Source: a virus (taxonomy: Duplodnaviria; Caudoviricetes). Taken from it: 50,215 bases of DNA. This document shows positions 42,431-50,215 of the stretch, piece by piece. A program made the translations under genes and the position numbers. The notes beneath the pieces were generated by a model. It had not been told where the DNA came from. It saw only the letters and a program-made list of their open reading frames with translations, and made no database searches. Where the stretch lies: IMG/VR virus record IMGVR_UViG_3300003967_000007, positions 1-50,215 of that record; one strand, given 5' to 3'. Numbering within the stretch: the stretch's first letter is position 1; each line of letters opens with the position of its first letter.

Positions 42431-44119
42431 ATGTTCGGCGAAATCCTGTGCCTTGCCGAACTGCCCCTCGGTGTACTTCCGGCCGACCGCAATTTCGGCG
42501 TCCCCGATCCGTTTGACGGGCTCGACCCGCAGGACACCGACCTGACCTATCTGGTCGAATTGTTGGCTTTCGACCCCGAGATCACTGGCGGCTTCTACGG
42601 CCCACCGGTTCCGATCGGCACGCTGGGTCTCGGCAGTTTCGAATACAGCTATCGCGGCGCGGAGCGAATCGTCTATTTGGGCGATCATCACAATTACCAG
42701 TCGCTGCCAGGAGACAGCCCGGCAAATACATCGTTCCGGGGTGTCCTGGATCCGGCCTACGGAATCTCGGCGCGACTTGGCGGCGCCGCCGATCCGCTGG
42801 GCGGTGCGCAGGTCGATATCGGTACCGTTGGCATCGTCAATGGCAATGGCTTCTATGACTTCCTGCTGCGGTGCGCATTCGGTGGCCGCCCGGTGCAGGT
42901 GAAGGTCGGCAAGCAGACCTGGTCCTACAACACGTTCAAGACCGCACTCTACGGCATAGCCACAGCGCCGCGTGATGGCGAGGCGACCATCAATATTGGC
43001 CTAACCACCATTCTGTCGCTGCTGGAAGGTAATATTGAGCGGCGCTACTGGCTTGGCATCGGTGGAGCGGATGGCAGCGCGGATCTTGCTGGCCGCCCGA
43101 TCCCTATCCTCTGGGGTTACGGGCGCAGCCTGCCGGGCATTCTCGAGGATCCATCGGCCAACATCTGGCGCTTCGCTGAAGCACTTGGCAGCATGACAAA
43201 CCCGCGCAACCGCGGCGTCGGGGGCTTCGAAGGCGGCAGCGACTATGCCAACTGGGCAGCCCTTGCGGCCGCTTCTGTACCGCCCGGCCACTGGGCTACC
43301 TGCGTTTCAGAGGGGCGCGCACGCTATGGCAGCCCGGTCACGCTCCCCACGGTTGACGCAGAAGGCATTGCCTCAGTCGGCAATCTTGCCGGCGACATCG
43401 TGCTGCATATCGCGCAGAACCGTCTCGGTGCCCAGCGAAACCTGAGCGACGCTCGCATCGATCCCGGGGCCTTTGGCAGGCTGGATGCGCTTCGTCCTTG
43501 GGAGACGGGTATCTATATCGATGGCGATGTCCGGGCGCGGGATGTGCTGGATCAGCTGATGCGCGACGTTGGCGCGGCTCTGGTTTCGACCCGTGACGGG
43601 CTGCTGTCCTGTGTGCCTTACGCCGTTCCCGAGCTGGCGCCGGCGGAGATCAGCGCTGCCGACATCGACACTTCCGGCGTCATCCCTGTGAGAGTTGCGC
43701 CAGCCAAACGCGTCACCGTTACTTTCGCGCCGCGCATTCGCCCGCTGGGTGGTGGCGAGATGCCGGACAGCGTATCGGCTGAGGATCGGTCCGACCTGGC
43801 CGCCATAGCACAATATGCCGCCTCCACGCGCAGCCCGCCTGACACGGATGCAGTGGCTTATGCCATCGCGACCGGACTGCGATATCAGGCTGATGCAGCC
43901 GACCTGGCCGCGATCGCCGCCGACTTGATGTCGCGGTTCACCCACTACTACACGGTTCCGCTGGTGGGGCGTCCCTTCCTGCACTGGCTCGGCGACATTC
44001 GCCGCCTGACTTACGACCGCTTCGGTGCTTCGGCTGGTCTCGACTGCATCGTGGTTGGGCTTGTCGAGAGCAATGCCGGCGGGAACCAGATCATTCTCTG
44101 GGGCCCGCGCGGCAACTGA
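42431..44119 (+). CDS. Tail tip/hub-like protein
   Basis: Follows the tape measure gene; G.GGADG..DLAGRPIP..WG motif. Confidence 0.7.
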   Translation: MFGEILCLAELPLGVLPADRNFGVPDPFDGLDPQDTDLTYLVELLAFDPEITGGFYGPPVPIGTLGLGSFEYSYRGAERIVYLGDHHNYQSLPGDSPANTSFRGVLDPAYGISARLGGAADPLGGAQVDIGTVGIVNGNGFYDFLLRCAFGGRPVQVKVGKQTWSYNTFKTALYGIATAPRDGEATINIGLTTILSLLEGNIERRYWLGIGGADGSADLAGRPIPILWGYGRSLPGILEDPSANIWRFAEALGSMTNPRNRGVGGFEGGSDYANWAALAAASVPPGHWATCVSEGRARYGSPVTLPTVDAEGIASVGNLAGDIVLHIAQNRLGAQRNLSDARIDPGAFGRLDALRPWETGIYIDGDVRARDVLDQLMRDVGAALVSTRDGLLSCVPYAVPELAPAEISAADIDTSGVIPVRVAPAKRVTVTFAPRIRPLGGGEMPDSVSAEDRSDLAAIAQYAASTRSPPDTDAVAYAIATGLRYQADAADLAAIAADLMSRFTHYYTVPLVGRPFLHWLGDIRRLTYDRFGASAGLDCIVVGLVESNAGGNQIILWGPRGN

Positions 44120-44131
44120 CCTGAGGACAAT

Positions 44132-44947
44132 ATGGCGCATACCCAGGCCGATAATCTCCTGCTGATGACGCGTGAGCGCATGGAAGGCGGCACTCTGACC
44201 AGCGGGCCATTCGCGCCCGCCGCGCCGGTGTCGAATGTGCTGCTGAATGAGCCCAGCGACAACCTGACATGGACTGATCTTTCGCAGACCTGGCTGCGAA
44301 GCGTGTATTCGTCGGCGAAGACCTGGAAGGCAGTCTGGCTGGGCTACCTCACCTGCACCGATGCCGCCACCTGGCGGGTCGTGTTCCGGAATGGCGGGAT
44401 CATTGTCTATGACAGCGGCAGCCTTGCCTGCGTCCCGGTGGGTGAGGGCGCGGCACTCCGGCATCGCAAATTAACGCGGCACTGCCTGCATCGGCTGCCG
44501 GCCGAGGTGACAGCAGATGACTGGGAAATCACAGTCAGTGACCCCACGAACCCGGCCGGCGTGCTCAAACTGGGGAATGTGCTAGTCGACAACCCGTTTC
44601 AGCCACGGATCAATATTTCTTATAACGCGATATTGCCCAGCCTGGTCGATCCGAGCCGTGTGCCGACTGCCGGACCGGGGCAGCGTCCGCCGCTCAATCG
44701 CGCACCCTATGACGTAGCAGGTTTTGACCTGCGATATGCCAGCCGCGCCGAATTGATCGGCGAACTCCGCGACCTGCAGGAGTTTGTCGGCACCACCAAA
44801 CCGGTTCTGGCGGTGCTGGAACCGAACGCATCGACCTACCGCGAGCGCATGATGATCTACGGCCTGCAGGAAGCGCTGGCGCCGGTCATCCATCCCTATT
44901 TTGGAAAATACGAAACCTCCTGCCGCATCGAGGAGCTGATCCCGTGA
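44132..44947 (+). CDS. Minor tail (distal-tail-like) protein
   Basis: Position in the tail-tip cluster; PVSNV, QPRINISY, C-terminal IEELI. Confidence 0.65.
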   Translation: MAHTQADNLLLMTRERMEGGTLTSGPFAPAAPVSNVLLNEPSDNLTWTDLSQTWLRSVYSSAKTWKAVWLGYLTCTDAATWRVVFRNGGIIVYDSGSLACVPVGEGAALRHRKLTRHCLHRLPAEVTADDWEITVSDPTNPAGVLKLGNVLVDNPFQPRINISYNAILPSLVDPSRVPTAGPGQRPPLNRAPYDVAGFDLRYASRAELIGELRDLQEFVGTTKPVLAVLEPNASTYRERMMIYGLQEALAPVIHPYFGKYETSCRIEELIP

Positions 44948-46359
44948 GCCTTTACGATCGCCTGCACGTCTTCACGACCTCGCCTGGAACCGGCAACTAC
45001 TCAATTACAGGTGTTGCGGCTAACCGGCTGTCTATTGATGAAGTGCTTGATGCCGAAGGCATCACCAAGGCCGGCGCCCTGCTCGAACTGTGGGTTCTGC
45101 CCGACGACAGCGCCGGCAGCAACGACTTCGAGCATGGCCTGTATACCTACGATGGCACCAGCCAACTGGCTCGCACGGCTATCATTCGCTCCAGCAATTC
45201 CAATGCCGCGGTGAACTGGGGGGCGACCCAACGCAACATCGTCTCCTTCCCGTCGGCAGCCCTGCTGCGCCGACTGTTCAATGACATCTTTCTGGGCGCG
45301 CTGGCGGGGACAGCCAATGCGCGCGCCGCTGCCACGCAAAAGTTTCCGGTCCCGGCCCTTTATGACGGTCTGACCTGCTGGGGCGTGATCCCAGAGAAGA
45401 ATACCGGTGCCATGACCTTTACGCCGAACAGCGGCGTAATTCCGGCCAAGAACGTGTATCTCGGCGGTGCGGCGCTACAGGACAATGATGCACCCGCAAA
45501 CACTCTGGTCGGCTTCCGCTACAGCTTGGCCGACGATGTCTGGAACCTGCTGCAGGGCGAAGCGGTCACCGCTTTTTTCACTTCACTTCGTATCCAGCGC
45601 GGCGCCCTGAACGAGTCGCTCGGCGCAACCGTTTCGGCGGCGGCGACGGTCAATATCTGGACTCCACTGACACCGTCGTCCGCCTTCGGAAACGCGATTC
45701 CCCTAGCCGGCCCAGGCACGATCACTAGCTTCGGCACGGCGCCGCAGGCCGGCGCGGCGCGAGAATTGCTGGTGATGTCGACCCTGACGCTGGCCAATGG
45801 TGCGAACCTCGTGCTGCCGGGCGGCGTGAATTTCGTCGCCTCGGCAGGTGACCGCCTGCGCGTGCGTGCCGAGACCACGACGAAATTCCACGTCGCGATC
45901 GACCGGGCCGATGGCACGCCGCCGGTCAACACGACGACGCGCAACGGCTTCTCCGCACATAAGAACGGCACCAACCAGGGCTCCATTTCCTCGGGCACCC
46001 CGGCGAAGCTAACCTTCGGCACCGAGGAATGGGATACCGGGGGCGTCTTCGACACCACCAACAGCCGCTTCACGCCCGGCTCCGGCAAATGGTCGGTGAA
46101 TGCCACGGTCTCGCTGACCGGCGGCCTCGACGGTTTGCGTCTGCGCCTGCAGCTATACAAGAACGGGTCGTTGTTCAAATCGGGTCCGCGTTTCCTGACG
46201 GGTTCCGGCAATGAAGCGGCCGCATCGTTCGATGTCCTGATTGCAGGCAACGGCACGGATTACTTCGAGGTCTATCTGTCGATCGAGGGCGGTGGCACCT
46301 ACACGGTCGATGGCGTTGCGACATTGACCTATTTCCAGGCAACCAAGGTGAGCGACTGA
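44944..46359 (+). CDS. Tail fibre/receptor-binding protein with a C1q-like C-terminus
   Basis: N-terminal DR...TTSPGTG...LAR..I.SSN anchor; C-terminal FSAHK...KLTF..EEWD..G.FD..NSRFTP..G.W...TDYFEVY. Confidence 0.75.
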   Translation: MSLYDRLHVFTTSPGTGNYSITGVAANRLSIDEVLDAEGITKAGALLELWVLPDDSAGSNDFEHGLYTYDGTSQLARTAIIRSSNSNAAVNWGATQRNIVSFPSAALLRRLFNDIFLGALAGTANARAAATQKFPVPALYDGLTCWGVIPEKNTGAMTFTPNSGVIPAKNVYLGGAALQDNDAPANTLVGFRYSLADDVWNLLQGEAVTAFFTSLRIQRGALNESLGATVSAAATVNIWTPLTPSSAFGNAIPLAGPGTITSFGTAPQAGAARELLVMSTLTLANGANLVLPGGVNFVASAGDRLRVRAETTTKFHVAIDRADGTPPVNTTTRNGFSAHKNGTNQGSISSGTPAKLTFGTEEWDTGGVFDTTNSRFTPGSGKWSVNATVSLTGGLDGLRLRLQLYKNGSLFKSGPRFLTGSGNEAAASFDVLIAGNGTDYFEVYLSIEGGGTYTVDGVATLTYFQATKVSD

Positions 46360-46360
46360 G

Positions 46361-47569
46361 ATGACTGACATCCTGATCACGGGCGGTTCTGCAATCGGCA
46401 ATCTGACGGGCGGCGGCGGCCTGACTGCGGCACGCGATGGCAATCTCAGCAAGACGCGCGCCGCCGGTGCGCAGTCGGTGACCGGCCAGCCGCATTACAT
46501 CGGCGAGACCACGACCGCCAAGGTGGCCACCAAGGCCAAACTTTTCGGGCCGTCCAATGGTGGCCTCTACACGAACAGCGGCAACCTGACTGTGACGGTC
46601 GAGGTGTCGAATGATGCTTTCGCGACCGCGCCGACCGTGATCGGCACGCAGACCTTCAGCGGTCAGGGTTTTGGCGCTGGCCAGATCTTCGAGGTTGCCG
46701 GCCTCTCGGCGGTCTCGGCGACCTCGCGCCGCATGAAGCTGCAGCATTCCTCGGGCGACAGCTCCTGCTATCTCGCGCAGGCGCAGTTCTTCGAGGACGA
46801 TGCCGGCGCGCCGCCGCCGCCGCCTCCGCCGTCGGGCAAACCGCTCGCCATCTTCCTCGGTTCGGGCCAGTCCAACATGGTCGGCGCAGCACCCGTGCCT
46901 GACCAGGCGGCCAGCTATGCGAACCGTGCGCGGGTGAAGAATTTTGCACTCGACGGGACTTGGAAAGCCGCCGCGGATCCGCTGATGGATATGAGCGGGT
47001 CGCTCTGGTCGCAATATACTGGCACCACGCTCTGTGGGCCGATGCTGGCCTTCGGCAACGCCCTCGCGCCGCAGCTGGTAAACTTCGATGTCGGCCTGGT
47101 GGTCTCCGCCAAGGGCAATACCGCGATTTCGGAATGGTCGAAGCCTGGCGCGCTGTATGACGGTATCGTTGCCCGCGCGCAGGCAGCGCTGGTGGCGGCG
47201 CCGGCCGGCAGCTTCATCGCCGGCTTCGTCTGGCAGCAGGGCGAGGCCAATACCTTCAGCGAGGCCCTGGCGCAGGCCTGGATGGAGGCGCTGCCGGCGC
47301 TGATCGGCCATGTCCGCTCCGATCTCAATCTGCCGGATCTTCCGGCGGTGGTGATCGGTCTGGCGAATGATGCCGCCGGCGGCTATCCCGGCTGGCCGCA
47401 ACTGCGTTTCGCGCAGCAGTTCATGCCGCTGCCGGCGCCGGCCAAATACGTCAAGACCTTCGACCTGCCTTCGGGCGGCGGATCGGAATGGATGGTGACT
47501 GCCTCGGTGCTGGCGATCGGCCAGCGCGTGGCCAGCGCCATGCGCCCGCTGCTGCCGCGCATGGTTTGA
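46361..47569 (+). CDS. Tail-associated protein with an SGNH sialate O-acetylesterase (SASA)-like domain
   Basis: GSGQSNMVG, GP..AFG, AKGNT.I..W, WQQGEAN; N-terminal beta-rich domain and poly-Pro linker. Confidence 0.8.
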   Translation: MTDILITGGSAIGNLTGGGGLTAARDGNLSKTRAAGAQSVTGQPHYIGETTTAKVATKAKLFGPSNGGLYTNSGNLTVTVEVSNDAFATAPTVIGTQTFSGQGFGAGQIFEVAGLSAVSATSRRMKLQHSSGDSSCYLAQAQFFEDDAGAPPPPPPPSGKPLAIFLGSGQSNMVGAAPVPDQAASYANRARVKNFALDGTWKAAADPLMDMSGSLWSQYTGTTLCGPMLAFGNALAPQLVNFDVGLVVSAKGNTAISEWSKPGALYDGIVARAQAALVAAPAGSFIAGFVWQQGEANTFSEALAQAWMEALPALIGHVRSDLNLPDLPAVVIGLANDAAGGYPGWPQLRFAQQFMPLPAPAKYVKTFDLPSGGGSEWMVTASVLAIGQRVASAMRPLLPRMV

Positions 47570-47680
47570 GCAAATGCACGGCCGCAATACTTGGTCCTCA
47601 GTCTCGGGATCGCCTGCGGCATCGGCGCTGTTCTTCTGACCGAACCCACTTGCTGAACAAAAAAAGAAGGACTTGCACTG

Positions 47681-48025
47681 ATGCCGCCAGCTGCACCCAC
47701 AAGCGATCCCGGCGTCCGCATTATTCATGTGGATGATCTTAAGGTTCTTCTGGAGAGCTCGGCTCAGCGTGGGGCCGAAATCGCAACCGATCGTCTTCTG
47801 CGGGAGTTTGGCATCGATCCAGACGATGAAAACGACCGGCGCGATGTGGCCAAAGACTTTAGAGAGCTCCGCGGTTGGGTGAAGGCCATGAGGCTCGCGC
47901 GGCAGGAAGCATTCAAGACAGTTGTGAAATGGCTGACGAACGTCCTGCTGGCCGTGATTGCCGCCGGCACAATCTACCTACTCCACGACAAATTCATCAC
48001 CAAAGTTCCATGGACTGGCAAATGA
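47681..48025 (+). CDS. Membrane protein of the lysis cassette (holin-like)
   Basis: One C-terminal TM segment; immediately upstream of the endolysin. Confidence 0.55.
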   Translation: MPPAAPTSDPGVRIIHVDDLKVLLESSAQRGAEIATDRLLREFGIDPDDENDRRDVAKDFRELRGWVKAMRLARQEAFKTVVKWLTNVLLAVIAAGTIYLLHDKFITKVPWTGK

Positions 48026-48035
48026 GAAGGGGGCA

Positions 48036-48842
48036 ATGATGCTCAACGACGTGATGATTGTTTTGTATGAAACGGCCGGCCCGGCCGTGCTCGTCAGCCA
48101 GATCCTAAAGCTGACCTGGCTGGTCGCAGGCTGGATTGCGATCATGCTTTGCCTGCGGCTGTTCGACATCTTGCGCGGGCAGCCCTTCCGCAAGGTTTCG
48201 GAGGGTTCCAACGAGCTGCAGATGTACCTTGGACTGCGCTTCCTCGGCACCTGCATCTATTTTGGTCTCGGCATGTCTTCGCTATTCGCGCTCGCCGTGC
48301 TGGCCGCGGTGCAGCTGACGCCCTCGGCCGAGGCTCGCAGCTTTCCCAGGCAGTATGATCGCCAGATCGAGCAGGCCGCGAAGACCTGGCTGCCGGGTGT
48401 CCCGTGGAAACTGTGGAAGGCGCAGCTCTATCAGGAGAGCCGGCTTGATCCGAATGCTCGTTCACCGGTCGGAGCCGAAGGCCTGGCGCAGTTCATGCCG
48501 GCGACGTGGCGCGAGGTCACGGCAGCGATGGGGATGCAGGTTGCCTCGGTCGACCGCCGCACTGCCGACGCTTCGATCCAGGCCGGCGCATACTACATGG
48601 CGCGGCTGCGCCGCAACTGGTCAAGCCCCCGGCCCGAGATCGATCGGCATGACCTGGCGATGGCGAGCTATAACGCAGGTCTCGGTCACATTCTGTCGGC
48701 GCAGCGGGAATGCGGCATGGCGGTGCTGTATCCCCAGATCATGGCCTGTCTTCCGCAGATCACCGGCCACCATGCGAATGAGACCCTTGGTTATGCGCCG
48801 GCGATCCGCCGCTGGCACATGCTGATGGAAGTGGCGGCCTAG
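48036..48842 (+). CDS. SLT lytic transglycosylase endolysin with a multi-TM N-terminus
   Basis: AQLYQES, SPVGAEGLAQFMPATW, ASYNAG, ETLGY; AAGGGGG RBS before ATG 48036. Confidence 0.9.
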   Translation: MMLNDVMIVLYETAGPAVLVSQILKLTWLVAGWIAIMLCLRLFDILRGQPFRKVSEGSNELQMYLGLRFLGTCIYFGLGMSSLFALAVLAAVQLTPSAEARSFPRQYDRQIEQAAKTWLPGVPWKLWKAQLYQESRLDPNARSPVGAEGLAQFMPATWREVTAAMGMQVASVDRRTADASIQAGAYYMARLRRNWSSPRPEIDRHDLAMASYNAGLGHILSAQRECGMAVLYPQIMACLPQITGHHANETLGYAPAIRRWHMLMEVAA

Positions 48843-48843
48843 A

Positions 48844-48957
48844 GTGTGGACCGCGCTGGTCTGCTTCGCCTTGGCAATCGCCTGCGGCGGAAACATGCCC
48901 TGGCTATCAGGATTTCTCACCTGCGCGGGCTTTGCCTGCCTCAATCGGAGCACCTGA
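48844..48957 (+). CDS. Possible small hydrophobic protein (37 aa)
   Basis: Hand-translated from GTG: MWTALVCFALAIACGGNMPWLSGFLTCAGFACLNRST; fills the gap between endolysin and spanin genes. Confidence 0.35.
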   Translation: MWTALVCFALAIACGGNMPWLSGFLTCAGFACLNRST

Positions 48958-48958
48958 C

Positions 48959-49414
48959 ATGACCGGGATTCTTTCCATGCTCGGCGGTGGCAATCCGCTG
49001 CGCGCCTATGCAACTGCAGGCCTGGTGGTGGCGCTGCTGCTGACCGGACTTTTTGCCTGGTGGCAAATCGGCCGCGTCAGTGACCGAGACGTGAAGATCG
49101 GCGAACTCGGCATGGAAGTGCGGCGTGTTTCTGATCAGCGCGACGATGCCATCCGCGTCGCCCAGGGCAATGCCGATGCCCTCGCAGAAGAACAGCGGCT
49201 CCGCCGCATCAGCGACAAAGCCGTAGACCAGCTCATGCAGCGCCAGCACCGCGCTGCGCCCGTCCTGCCCCAAATCGCCAAGGAGGCCGCCCGTGTCGCC
49301 CAATCCAACCCGCTTCCGGCTGCTTGCGCTGCCGCTGACCCTGTCTGGGATGCTGTCGGTGACGGGCTGCGCCGATACCGTTCAGACCTTGGCCGTTCAG
49401 CCGGTAAAGACTGA
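48959..49414 (+). CDS. Inner-membrane spanin (Rz-like)
   Basis: N-terminal TM followed by a coiled coil; GGAG RBS; downstream of the endolysin. Confidence 0.7.
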   Translation: MTGILSMLGGGNPLRAYATAGLVVALLLTGLFAWWQIGRVSDRDVKIGELGMEVRRVSDQRDDAIRVAQGNADALAEEQRLRRISDKAVDQLMQRQHRAAPVLPQIAKEAARVAQSNPLPAACAAADPVWDAVGDGLRRYRSDLGRSAGKD

Positions 49415-49598
49415 GCGCGTCCGGGTCGACGCCTCGCTGCTGCGGTGCGCCGAGCCGCCCGACGTCTGGTCGGCCGGCACGCCGTCTCGCGATATTGCCG
49501 AAGGCTATGTCCTGCAGATGGAGGCCGCCTACTGGGATTGCCGCATGAAGATCGACACGATCCGGGGCTTGCAGACAGAGGAGCCGGCGGAGCGATGA
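49293..49598 (+). CDS. Outer-membrane lipoprotein spanin (Rz1-like)
   Basis: Signal peptide with lipobox VTG-C; LLRCAEPP...DCR..I; overlaps the Rz-like gene in another frame. Confidence 0.7.
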   Translation: MSPNPTRFRLLALPLTLSGMLSVTGCADTVQTLAVQPVKTERVRVDASLLRCAEPPDVWSAGTPSRDIAEGYVLQMEAAYWDCRMKIDTIRGLQTEEPAER

Positions 49599-49873
49599 AC
49601 GAGCATGTTCTGTTCGTCGAGGTGCCGAGTGTCGCCGCCAGTTTTGTGCCGGCCGGCGGCGGCCAGTTCATCGAGCAGGGCGGCCGGATTACCGGCCTGG
49701 TTTACCGCTGTGCCTGTAAATGCGGCGGCCTGCAGTCTCTGTTGTTCGCGCCTGGCCAGTGGGCAATCAGCGGACCCCGCGAGAAGCCGACCGTGACCCC
49801 CGGCTTTCAGAGCCGGACGGGCTGCCTCTGGGTCGGTCAACTGATCGACGGCGAGTTTCGCCAGATTATCTGA
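49595..49873 (+). CDS. Cys-rich DUF6527-like protein
   Basis: ATGA overlap; CACKCG...W...KPTVTP...GCLWVG.LIDG. Confidence 0.55.
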   Translation: MNEHVLFVEVPSVAASFVPAGGGQFIEQGGRITGLVYRCACKCGGLQSLLFAPGQWAISGPREKPTVTPGFQSRTGCLWVGQLIDGEFRQII

Positions 49874-49966
49874 ATTGCAATCCGCCGGCGGTCGCTGGCC
49901 CCAGGGTGACGGGTCCGCCGGATGGGAGATCGAACCCAAACATCCATTCGATCATAGGAGAGCGCG

Positions 49967-50215
49967 ATGCGCATCATCGCACGGTTTCATTGCCACACTG
50001 TGTTGAAGGCAAAGGACCAGGAGACGGTCACGCTGCAGCCAGTCTATTCGGACAAGAAGGATTCGCCGAATTACACCTGGTCGCAGTACACGCCGACCGG
50101 GAAGATCGAGATGACGATCACCAATCCGGCGGCGCTCGGCAAATTCGAGCCGGGTAAGGCCTACAATATCGAATTCTCGCAAGTCGAAGAAGCGGCCGCG
50201 CCTGCGGCGGGCTGA
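49967..50215 (+). CDS. Conserved-looking hypothetical phage protein
   Basis: AGGAG RBS; ARF.C...YTPTGKIEMTITNPAA...F.PG..Y.IEF. Confidence 0.75.
   Translation: MRIIARFHCHTVLKAKDQETVTLQPVYSDKKDSPNYTWSQYTPTGKIEMTITNPAALGKFEPGKAYNIEFSQVEEAAAPAAG

Larger units (their letters stand above)
1..50215. mobile_element. Lambda-like temperate siphophage/prophage (both ends probably outside the window)
   Basis: Integrase, immunity, replication, head, tail and lysis modules in lambdoid order; no host housekeeping genes seen; integrase truncated at base 1. Confidence 0.95.

Noticed and set aside
44944-47569. Diversity-generating retroelement or invertible tail-fibre cassette
   Set aside because: No reverse transcriptase, invertase or duplicated template/variable repeat was seen in the window.
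1-50215. tRNA, rRNA, CRISPR array, IS elements and att sites
   Set aside because: None was recognised by eye; intergenic gaps are short, and att sites probably lie beyond the window since the integrase is cut at base 1. A covariance-model scan would be needed to exclude small RNAs.

Overview
The whole window is one GC-rich, lambda-like temperate siphophage, probably a prophage. The host is most likely an alphaproteobacterium, inferred from a GapR/DUF2312 gene and DUF1457-type PAS-like domains. Left to right: (1) a large serine recombinase cut by the left window edge and a leftward early operon of small accessory genes (ASCH, winged-helix, DUF4326, DUF5131, C39-like peptidase); (2) an immunity region with near-identical divergent promoters carrying GATAA-N5-TTATC operators, a cI-like repressor with no S24 peptidase domain, and a cro-like gene; (3) a rightward early operon (GapR, VRR-NUC, helicase-methylase fusion, C5 methylase, nuclease, SNF2 helicase, MazG-like, replication protein, NusG-family antiterminator); (4) a lambda-type head, a non-contractile tail with a GGGAAAG -1 frameshift, receptor-binding proteins and a lysis cassette. 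The most unusual observation is that the cI/cro switch is flanked on both sides by a PAS-like domain paired with a GNAT-like protein from one diverged family. One pair lies in the rex position. The other lies in the cII position, where the PAS-like domain is fused to an HTH and the GNAT-like partner has lost its acyl-CoA-binding motif. This is a candidate small-molecule or acylation-based input to the lysis-lysogeny decision, and it is a hypothesis only. All family assignments come from motif recognition by eye; no searches were run. No att site, tRNA or CRISPR array was recognised.
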